DNA from: a virus
Taxonomy: Duplodnaviria; Caudoviricetes
Direction: 5' to 3' (one strand)
DNA length: 35,913 nucleotides
Virus record (IMG/VR): IMGVR_UViG_3300025030_000286
Coordinates: 1 to 35,913 of that record
The translations under genes were made by a program, and so were the position numbers. The notes beneath the pieces are model-generated. The model saw only the letters and a list, made by a program, of their open reading frames with translations, was not told where the DNA came from and ran no database searches. Positions 16,132 to 23,229 of this stretch are shown here, in pieces. The first letter of the stretch is position 1. Each line of letters begins with the position of its first letter.

Positions 16132-17184
16132 ATGAAGGACATGCCAGTTATCCACGCCTCACGAACAGGTCTTGGTCCAAGAGCTATAGCAATGGAACTC
16201 TTGGGATATCAACAAGACCCAATAGATGAAAAGACACAGAAGATATTCGATGATGGAAACAAATTCGAAGAGCCAGCAATCAAACAAGTTCTTCATGATA
16301 TCAAGTACAACAGACCTCACGAAGCTAAAGAGGATAGGCTTGAGTTTGAAGTTAAGCTTAAGTCAGGAATAAACTTTCTCATCACCTGCAGTAATGACGC
16401 AGTACTTCTTGAAGAGTTCGATGATGATGGTGAAGTATATCCTGTTGGTACAGTCATTGAAGTCAAGAACGTAGGTAAGAATTCATTCAGGAAATACTTC
16501 TCACAGAAGAGACTTCCTTTGAAATATAAAGCTCAGGTTCAAGCTTACCTCTGGGCCCATAAGAAATCTCATGAAGGTAAGCTCTATGAAGTAACCAATG
16601 AATATAACAAGAAAGGTAAAGTATCAAAATCATTTCGGGAGTTAGTAGATCCACTTCCATATGAGAAAGCCTTATTCATAGTAAGATGTAAAGAGACAAG
16701 AGAATGTAGGGCATTTCCAGTTAAATGGGATGACAAGGTAATGAAGCAGATGTTACAGGATTGTTCAGAAGCTGTAAAGCATTTCCAGGAAGGTACACTC
16801 CCCAGCTGTGATTGCTCTAATCACTTCTGTCGGTTCAAAGTAGCATGCAAGAAAGGAAAGAAAGCTAATCCTGAAGAGCTCTTCAAAGCTTTCTATTTCA
16901 ATGTAGTAGGAGTAACATTCAGAAAGACAGATCTTAGACAGCTCATTGAGATGGAGGTACCTGAAAAGAATATGGCAGTATCTCTTGTTCCTGAACCTGA
17001 CAATCCTTTTGATGCTAATGCTATAAAGGTTGTAGTCAATAATCTTCATGTTGGGTTTGTACCCAAAGAGTATCAGGAACATATCAATGAATTGTTAGCT
17101 GAGAAATATATTCCACGAGTATTCAACCTTGCAGATAGAGAAGAGAAACCTTTTATTCATATCATTTTATTTGAGAGGAGGTAG
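16132..17184 (+). CDS. Cas4-like PD-(D/E)xK exonuclease fused to a HIRAN domain
   Basis: SNDAV...IEVK, QVQAY, C-x-C...CRFKVAC; HIRAN signature VVGVTFR...LVPEPDNPFDANAIKV...HVGFVP; GGAGG RBS before 16132. Confidence 0.8.
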   Translation: MKDMPVIHASRTGLGPRAIAMELLGYQQDPIDEKTQKIFDDGNKFEEPAIKQVLHDIKYNRPHEAKEDRLEFEVKLKSGINFLITCSNDAVLLEEFDDDGEVYPVGTVIEVKNVGKNSFRKYFSQKRLPLKYKAQVQAYLWAHKKSHEGKLYEVTNEYNKKGKVSKSFRELVDPLPYEKALFIVRCKETRECRAFPVKWDDKVMKQMLQDCSEAVKHFQEGTLPSCDCSNHFCRFKVACKKGKKANPEELFKAFYFNVVGVTFRKTDLRQLIEMEVPEKNMAVSLVPEPDNPFDANAIKVVVNNLHVGFVPKEYQEHINELLAEKYIPRVFNLADREEKPFIHIILFERR

Positions 17185-17186
17185 TC

Positions 17187-17306
17187 ATGGAATATGAAAT
17201 TGATTTCTATGCATGTCCCATATGCCAAGAGTTACACCCAGCAGATGAACAGATGACTGATAACTTTATAGACATAGGAGAGTGGTGGGAAGGTAGAATG
17301 AAATGA
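17187..17306 (+). CDS. Microprotein with CPIC..H (39 aa)
   Basis: GAGGAGG RBS; MEYEIDFYACPICQELH...RMK*. Confidence 0.55.
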   Translation: MEYEIDFYACPICQELHPADEQMTDNFIDIGEWWEGRMK

Positions 17307-17497
17307 TAAAGTCAATCATCCTCCTATTGATAGCAGTCATATTAACTTGGGCTGTTGGGAAATTATTATATTGGCTTTATATTCCATTTTATTATATCCT
17401 CCAATTTTTCCGATCGTTCCATAGCATAATGAATAATCCTGTCGGCATAATGGTACCACGAAAGGATTTTAAACCAACGCCACAAAGGAAACCATAG
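17303..17497 (+). CDS. Small membrane protein
   Basis: Hydrophobic N-terminal half; ATGA coupling. Confidence 0.5.
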   Translation: MIKSIILLLIAVILTWAVGKLLYWLYIPFYYILQFFRSFHSIMNNPVGIMVPRKDFKPTPQRKP

Positions 17498-17686
17498 ATG
17501 GAAATCCAACGTAATCAAAGTGCCAATAAAATGATGGTTAGAAAGTTGATGGAGCTTATGGAATACATTGATGACAAGGACCATGAACAATTCATTAGAG
17601 ATATGGACTTTATATTGAATGTTGAAGGAGACTCTCTTAATCTTAAGCAAGAAAAGAAACTGGAGTACATGTTCAGAAAATATTGA
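17498..17686 (+). CDS. Small hypothetical protein
   Basis: ORF in operon; EQFIRDM...LNLKQEKKL helical pattern. Confidence 0.6.
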   Translation: MEIQRNQSANKMMVRKLMELMEYIDDKDHEQFIRDMDFILNVEGDSLNLKQEKKLEYMFRKY

Positions 17687-17698
17687 GGAGGTGATTGA

Positions 17699-17986
17699 TT
17701 GAAGACATTGTATCTGCTACAGATTTCTACCTACGCTCCTAAGAAGAAGATAGAAGCTCTCTTTGAGAAGGCTCCTACCAAGCAAGATGTGATGATTCTT
17801 CTGAAAGAGATAGAGGAGAAATCAAAATTTCCAGCACTCTTCAAGAAGTTAGGTGATGAAGTATTCAAGCTAAGAACATCTAACCTTATGGAGTATGATG
17901 GATTCAGGACTACAAAGACATGCATACCAACAGGAGTAATCGAAGTAAGGCCAATTGAATTAAGGAGAGGAAGCTATGAACATTAA
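17699..17986 (+). CDS. Hypothetical protein
   Basis: GAGGAGG RBS, TTG start. Confidence 0.6.
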   Translation: MKTLYLLQISTYAPKKKIEALFEKAPTKQDVMILLKEIEEKSKFPALFKKLGDEVFKLRTSNLMEYDGFRTTKTCIPTGVIEVRPIELRRGSYEH

Positions 17987-18575
17987 CGATGTAGCAGAAG
18001 ATTTCAAAGTTCCTATCAGTGATCAGGAGAAATTGAGACTCATCTTTGAAAGGCAATTGGAGTTGATTCACAAGTACCACCCAATAGAATCAAGGAATGG
18101 ATTTCATATTGGGGATGGTATTCCCCTTAACCTGGACAACAAGAGAGACCAACATCGTCTTAAAGATATGTCCTGGAGAGTGGTTGAGGAGATTGCAGAA
18201 GCTCTAGATTGCTCTATGGAATATGAACATCATGTTGAAGAATTGATTGATGGTCTTCACTTTCTTGTTGAACTAATGATTCTTTCTGGAATACAACATG
18301 ATGAAGTTAACATGTATGTAAACAAAAGAAAGGAAGGAGAAAGCATACTGGTTCCCTTCATCCGTGAACTTGGTAATGCTATGAACTGCCTCAAGAATAA
18401 GCCTTGGAAGCAGACTCATATGCTTACCGATGCTATTCAATACAGAAAGAGATTGACTAATGCTTGGTATGAGTACATGTCAATCCTTCACACTAATCTT
18501 AACAACAGAGAAATCTTTATCCTGTACTTCAAAAAGGCGGCTGTCAATTCCTTCCGGCAAAGGAGCAATTACTAA
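17976..18575 (+). CDS. All-alpha NTP pyrophosphatase (dimeric dUTPase/dCTPase, MazG-like superfamily)
   Basis: EEIAEA, EELIDGLHF, KNKPWK, C-terminal YFKKAAVNSFRQRSNY. Confidence 0.85.
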   Translation: MNINDVAEDFKVPISDQEKLRLIFERQLELIHKYHPIESRNGFHIGDGIPLNLDNKRDQHRLKDMSWRVVEEIAEALDCSMEYEHHVEELIDGLHFLVELMILSGIQHDEVNMYVNKRKEGESILVPFIRELGNAMNCLKNKPWKQTHMLTDAIQYRKRLTNAWYEYMSILHTNLNNREIFILYFKKAAVNSFRQRSNY

Positions 18576-19366
18576 TGAGAAATATATGTATTGATGTAGA
18601 TAGTTTTATAAGAAATCTTACAGTTTATCCAGATTGTACGTTGAGCAAACATGATCTGATAGCTATAAGAGCTTTATTGTTAGCTTGTCAAATACCGGAA
18701 CAAATAGCTACAGCTCCTTCCTCCATTCTAATTGAAGCAGAAGATGTAGTCAATGGTAGAGAACAAGCTACCAACAGAAAGTATGGAGCTCCTGAGATTG
18801 TCTTTGAAAGATATGCAAAGATATTCGATCTCATAGCTCCTGATGAAGTATTCACATCCCAAGGAAAACTCACAGCACTAGGTGTAGCTTATGTCCTCAA
18901 ATGCATCAAACTCGGACGGGAAAAGGTAGCACATAAACGAGATAACCTTGTTGATGATTGTGGATATACAGAAATAATAGCAAAGATAAGGAGGCATATT
19001 GAAAACAATCAAGCTCAAGTACACCAAGGAGGAATGGCAGGAGTATGCTGCAACACATCCAAAGATATGTCGAATGCGAAGGAAGCCAAAGCTACCCACA
19101 TTGATTCCCTCAATAAACCATTACTACATGTACAGGGGATTGATAACGAAGAAAAAGAAAGTCCACACTCAGAAGTACCTTGCTCCGGAGTCAGTAGCTT
19201 TCTTGGATTTCATGCAGATGCTTTTAAGCTCTTCGAAAATGACGAGCTTGTGTACGACTCAACTCGAGCTCAGAATAAAAATGTATTTCGCGGACAACAG
19301 GAGACGGGATGTGGACAATCCGAAGGCTGTAATGGATGCAATGAAGGGATTGATAATAGAAGATGA
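18575..19366 (+). CDS. DUF6378-like protein (true 3' end uncertain, overlaps rusA)
   Basis: EAEDVVNGR...YGAP...LKCIKLGR...DNLVDDCGY pattern typical of phage nucleotide-metabolism-associated helical domains. Confidence 0.6.
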   Translation: MRNICIDVDSFIRNLTVYPDCTLSKHDLIAIRALLLACQIPEQIATAPSSILIEAEDVVNGREQATNRKYGAPEIVFERYAKIFDLIAPDEVFTSQGKLTALGVAYVLKCIKLGREKVAHKRDNLVDDCGYTEIIAKIRRHIENNQAQVHQGGMAGVCCNTSKDMSNAKEAKATHIDSLNKPLLHVQGIDNEEKESPHSEVPCSGVSSFLGFHADAFKLFENDELVYDSTRAQNKNVFRGQQETGCGQSEGCNGCNEGIDNRR

Positions 19367-19451
19367 TTCACAGGTCTTCAAGCTGACAGTAGAAAAAGTA
19401 ATGAATCATCACCGAGACATATGCTACATAACCTTAACTGAAAGGAGTTAA
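18999..19451 (+). CDS. rusA: RusA-like Holliday junction resolvase
   Basis: PSINHYY, RRRDVDNPKAVMDAM...IEDDSQV; TAAGGAGG RBS, TTG start. Confidence 0.88.
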   Translation: MKTIKLKYTKEEWQEYAATHPKICRMRRKPKLPTLIPSINHYYMYRGLITKKKKVHTQKYLAPESVAFLDFMQMLLSSSKMTSLCTTQLELRIKMYFADNRRRDVDNPKAVMDAMKGLIIEDDSQVFKLTVEKVMNHHRDICYITLTERS

Positions 19452-19453
19452 CA

Positions 19454-19741
19454 ATGGGTGTCGGTAGGAAAGCATCTAAACCAAATTCTCAAATTCCACT
19501 TCCAGATGAATGTATTCTTTATGAACCTTACCAAGTAGTAGCAATGCTTAACATGTGTAAGTTGGCCTTCAATAAACTATTGAGAGGCTATCCCAACGAC
19601 GGGAAAATGTATCCTAAATATGTATGCATAGGTGCTAAAAGGCAATTCTCCCTAGCCTCTATAAAAGCCTTTATGGCAAAAGGAAATGGTAGGCTAAGGG
19701 GTAAGGGTGTGAAAAAGAAAGTTGTAGTGGATGATGACTAA
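19454..19741 (+). CDS. Putative winged-HTH (AlpA/Xis-like) DNA-binding protein
   Basis: YEPYQVVAMLNM...YPK..CIGAKRQF...IKAFM pattern; last gene of the early/middle arm. Confidence 0.5.
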   Translation: MGVGRKASKPNSQIPLPDECILYEPYQVVAMLNMCKLAFNKLLRGYPNDGKMYPKYVCIGAKRQFSLASIKAFMAKGNGRLRGKGVKKKVVVDDD

Positions 19742-19749
19742 CAAAAAAT

Positions 19750-19793
19750 TATCCGGCCTTTGATGTCCCCGGAGGAATAGGACAGACCGGATA
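19750..19793. terminator. Stem-loop at the convergence of both arms, probable terminator for the - strand
   Basis: TATCCGG...TGTCC...GGACA...CCGGATA, with A-tract at 19743-19748 (U-tract on - strand). Confidence 0.6.
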
Positions 19794-19809
19794 TTGCATA
19801 ACAATTGGA

Positions 19810-19880
19810 TTTCATATTGGTCGTATATGGTACGTTGGTTTATTCGAGCTAGGGCTTCCTATTCGTCTAGACCAACGTAT
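19810..19880. repeat. Dispersed intergenic element with terminal inverted repeat (related copy at 28136-28207)
   Basis: TTTCATATTGGTCGTAT identical at 19810-19826 and 28136-28152, each followed by TACGTTG...CAACGTA inverted repeats. Confidence 0.8.
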
Positions 19881-20165
19881 TTATTTGACAGATGCCTTTT
19901 CTATAGAATTGTTTAACAAGTTACTGGTAGTCCCCATGATACCAACAAGAGGGGCTTGTAATGCTTGTTCCAGGAGAGAAGCTCTACCTCTGTTATCTAC
20001 CTTTATCTTTACTTCACCCTTCTGAAAATCTAGGTTCCCATCATGCTGAAGTCTAACTATCCATTCCTCTCCTGTAGTTTTGTTTAGAACACTGCTTTCT
20101 CTTACTCCCATTGTAGCACATCCAGAAAGTAATAAGCTAAGCAGCAAGAGTCGTATCATCTTCAT
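19881..20165 (-). CDS. Lipoprotein in lysis cassette (spanin candidate)
   Basis: Signal peptide with lipobox LLSG|C; last gene of lysis cassette. Confidence 0.7.
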   Translation of the reverse strand: MKMIRLLLLSLLLSGCATMGVRESSVLNKTTGEEWIVRLQHDGNLDFQKGEVKIKVDNRGRASLLEQALQAPLVGIMGTTSNLLNNSIEKASVK

Positions 20166-20742
20166 TCTCCTTGTACATGTTAGCCAGGTAGAGATTCATC
20201 GGGTGGTCTTCAAAGTCTATCAAGCTTAAGTCTGAATCATGGAATACTTCTGGCTCATTACTGTCATGTACATAAAATATTCTTGGTACCATTGGGACTG
20301 GGTCATCACTATTTATTATCCTTCTGTGCTTGAGCTGAGGCTTCTTACCAAATCTGAATAATGTTCTCAAGCAACCGAAGGTAATAAGTTCACAGCCAAT
20401 ATCTATTGCTAGAGCTTTGGCTAATCCTCCCCCATATGAATGTCCATTTGCTATCACTGGACCTGTTGCTAATTCACCAATGTCCTTCATGAGTTGATCT
20501 CTTACCAGCCTGTATCCATCTGCTACGCCACCATGAATCAAGACCCCATTTATCTTCTTGGGTACAACGAATACATCTCTTAACATGTTTCTGAAATTAT
20601 CTGTACCTCTGAATGTTATTACTGTATGTCCAAGAACTGTGTGGATTCCATAACGTATGTCTTTGATATCTTTAAAGCCAGGACCAGGATTATCTTCGTA
20701 GGACAATTTACAAAGAATGGCACAAGCTTTATCGATTGTCAT
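20137..20742 (-). CDS. Class 3 lipase-like alpha/beta hydrolase
   Basis: ITFRGT, IHGG, NGHSYGG nucleophile elbow, ITFG, DPVPMVP, C-terminal DH..(x)Y. Confidence 0.9.
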   Translation of the reverse strand: MTIDKACAILCKLSYEDNPGPGFKDIKDIRYGIHTVLGHTVITFRGTDNFRNMLRDVFVVPKKINGVLIHGGVADGYRLVRDQLMKDIGELATGPVIANGHSYGGGLAKALAIDIGCELITFGCLRTLFRFGKKPQLKHRRIINSDDPVPMVPRIFYVHDSNEPEVFHDSDLSLIDFEDHPMNLYLANMYKENEDDTTLAA

Positions 20743-21239
20743 AGATCATCATTCCATAGCTTGATTTCTCTTTCTCTACGATCAATGAGTACTTCACAGA
20801 TCTCACCCCTAGAATATATCCATCTTCTCAATTGATTAGGTACTTCTTGAAACTGATTGCTGTTTATCTTCTTCAGAAGTGTACTACCTCTGAAAGCCCC
20901 TACTCCTGCATTGAATACAAATGATACAAGAGCATCGAATTGGAACTGATAAAGGATTGATTTGGTATACAGATTAACTGCATTCTCTGCATAGTCAAGG
21001 TCTTGATCAAGCAGTTGTAATGCCTGTTGTTCTGTTATACCTTTACCGTATCTTACTGATGTACCTTTTATCCAGATCTTACCAGATGTAAGTTCAGATT
21101 TTGTAAGTAGATGACCTACTCCTATTGTTGGTAGTCCTGCTGGGTCTTTGTATTCTCTGAGCCTGATACCTTCTTCTTTCTTAATAAACTCCAGTCCTTT
21201 AGAACTCACTTTCATCGGCATCGTCATCCTCCTTATCAA
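20739..21239 (-). CDS. Endolysin, GH24 lysozyme (start may be 21215)
   Basis: EEG....YKDPAGLPTIGVGH (E-x8-D-x5-T), QFDALVSFVFNAG, STLLKKIN, RRERE. Confidence 0.95.
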   Translation of the reverse strand: MIRRMTMPMKVSSKGLEFIKKEEGIRLREYKDPAGLPTIGVGHLLTKSELTSGKIWIKGTSVRYGKGITEQQALQLLDQDLDYAENAVNLYTKSILYQFQFDALVSFVFNAGVGAFRGSTLLKKINSNQFQEVPNQLRRWIYSRGEICEVLIDRREREIKLWNDDL

Positions 21240-21495
21240 AGTTTAGGTGGGGTTGTATACATCCACCTTCTTGCATATGAATTCTATGTGCTTCCCAGAG
21301 TCTATCAAGGCTTCTTTCTGCTCTGTTAAGTCTCTTGAATATATTGCCAGTTAACTTTTCAAGGAGTGTCCTGACTTCCCTTACCTCATCTCTGAGACTG
21401 ATGAAGATATATATCAAGCATCCAAGGAGACCTGAACTTAGGGCAGATATCAATACAACTACAAGTGCAGCATGATCTTTGATTAGGTCCTCCAT
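21199..21495 (-). CDS. Putative holin (single TM plus coiled coil)
   Basis: Hydrophobic ALVVVLISALSSGLLGCLIYIFI; directly upstream of endolysin; AAGGAGG RBS before ATG at 21495. Confidence 0.5.
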   Translation of the reverse strand: MEDLIKDHAALVVVLISALSSGLLGCLIYIFISLRDEVREVRTLLEKLTGNIFKRLNRAERSLDRLWEAHRIHMQEGGCIQPHLNFDKEDDDADESEF

Positions 21496-21560
21496 AGATA
21501 CATCCTCCTTACCATAAGTTGTCAATTTGCTTGCATAAAAGGATTATAGGACCAACGTAC

Positions 21561-23219
21561 TTATCGTAGGATATCCGAAAGGTCTAAGTACCACATGGGG
21601 ACTTTACCAGAGGGAAGATTGTTTATATCAAAATTTGGGTCTCTGCTACTAATTGACTTGTTAAAAGCAAATGGGTGATCTTGTGTCAATTCAAATCCAA
21701 ATCTCTTGGGTAGCTTGTCATAGTATTTTTCATTTACTGAATCTATCATACCGGCAGCATCACCTTTCAGCTTTATAGATTCAGGAGAGTGTAGAAATAT
21801 TCCAGGTGCTTGATCTTTTACTGCTTGTTGTATTACATTGGTCATGAGGGTGTCTGCCCAATTTGAATATGCATATCCTACAGGACCAAGTGATGATTTG
21901 AGGTCAGGGCCATAGGGTACATCATGTTTATCCACAAATGTATCCACTATATATTTCCAGTAGTCCATTCTAGGATTATATTCATTGGGATTAGGTTTAA
22001 CATTATTACCAATCCTGTTTACAAAATCTAAGGCATCATTATATCCTTTAGATTTTTCCATTAAATAACTAAAACTTCTAGGTCCTAGAGTTGGATCTTT
22101 TTCAGCCCAATTTAAAATTTCTTGGGGTGAATATGTCTGTAAACTATCTCTACGCTTAGGCCTCTTCCAGGTGTCAAGGTCAGATTGTATTTCATCTATG
22201 AGATAGGAATCTTTGAACTTCCTGTTTGGGTCCTGTAATATATTAGGATCGGTAAGCTTATATCTATAGTCATCGAGCTGATCGCCTCTCATCCACCCTA
22301 AATTGTATTTACCAGCACCCCCAATTGATACATCTCCATTATATAATGACTCATAAAGTGAATCTTCAAGCTGACTTAGCTTATCCATAGTTGATTCATA
22401 ATCTTTTGAGCGTGTAGCTGAAAGGTATTTATTTGTTAATTGTGGTGCATATCTTTCTATTAACTTACCTAATTCATCAGCATAATCTTTTCCATCCAGT
22501 TCACCAAGTCTATATTCTATGTCACTAATCATATCTTCTACATCACCTACACCTTTTACTTGGGGATGCATTCCACTGTTAAGGTCATCTAATGCCCCAT
22601 ACATATTAGTCTCACCTGTCTTGGGGTCACTATAGAACACATCAGGCTCATTAATCTTTTTATTTGCATTTAGTAATATAACATCTTGATCACTTCCTGC
22701 ATTTAAAGTTTGTTGTAATTCTTCAAATTCTTCAGGAAACTTGTTTGTGGATATATTATATCTGTCATCAACTTTGCCCATTGCATTAGCAATAGCTTCA
22801 TCTTTTATTGTACCCCCTCCAAGAATATCTTTCAATTCACCTTGATACTTATTGAACATCTGTGGGGGTACAGAAGCTTTGACAAGTGAAGGCTTAGCAT
22901 TAGGTATTTCTGATTTTATCTTTGCTATCCTTCTCAACAGTTCGGCACTAGCTGGTTTGACTATGGGAGATATGTCTTTCAGTGAAGCTATCACCGCAGG
23001 ATTCATATTCTCAAGTGCAAACTGTAGTAGCTTCTGACTCTCAAGTTCTTCTGGAGTCTCAGCACCGATAGTCCTTGCTGTAAAGTTATTGAACTTGTTA
23101 AGTCCTTGGCCAAGAGGAGTATTCCTCATATAGGCTTTAACAGAACCAAGTATATCAGAGAGTTTATCGAAACCTGTTGAATCAAATGGATTTGAATATG
23201 ATAATCTTCTAGCGTCCAA
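21561..23219 (-). CDS. Putative virion/ejected protein with conserved GWxR...DEIQSD domain
   Basis: Late operon position after the large internal protein; LGWMR...YLIDEIQSD...W...QQAVKD..GI motif series. Confidence 0.55.
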   Translation of the reverse strand: MDARRLSYSNPFDSTGFDKLSDILGSVKAYMRNTPLGQGLNKFNNFTARTIGAETPEELESQKLLQFALENMNPAVIASLKDISPIVKPASAELLRRIAKIKSEIPNAKPSLVKASVPPQMFNKYQGELKDILGGGTIKDEAIANAMGKVDDRYNISTNKFPEEFEELQQTLNAGSDQDVILLNANKKINEPDVFYSDPKTGETNMYGALDDLNSGMHPQVKGVGDVEDMISDIEYRLGELDGKDYADELGKLIERYAPQLTNKYLSATRSKDYESTMDKLSQLEDSLYESLYNGDVSIGGAGKYNLGWMRGDQLDDYRYKLTDPNILQDPNRKFKDSYLIDEIQSDLDTWKRPKRRDSLQTYSPQEILNWAEKDPTLGPRSFSYLMEKSKGYNDALDFVNRIGNNVKPNPNEYNPRMDYWKYIVDTFVDKHDVPYGPDLKSSLGPVGYAYSNWADTLMTNVIQQAVKDQAPGIFLHSPESIKLKGDAAGMIDSVNEKYYDKLPKRFGFELTQDHPFAFNKSISSRDPNFDINNLPSGKVPMWYLDLSDILR

Positions 23220-23229
23220 GAATCACCTC

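Noticed and set aside
16132-17184. CRISPR-Cas locus suggested by the Cas4-like gene
   Set aside because: No cas1/cas2 or repeat-spacer array; solo Cas4-like nucleases are common in phage replication modules
19454-19741. Excisionase implying an integrated prophage
   Set aside because: No integrase, repressor, att site or flanking host genes seen; only a generic HTH-like pattern
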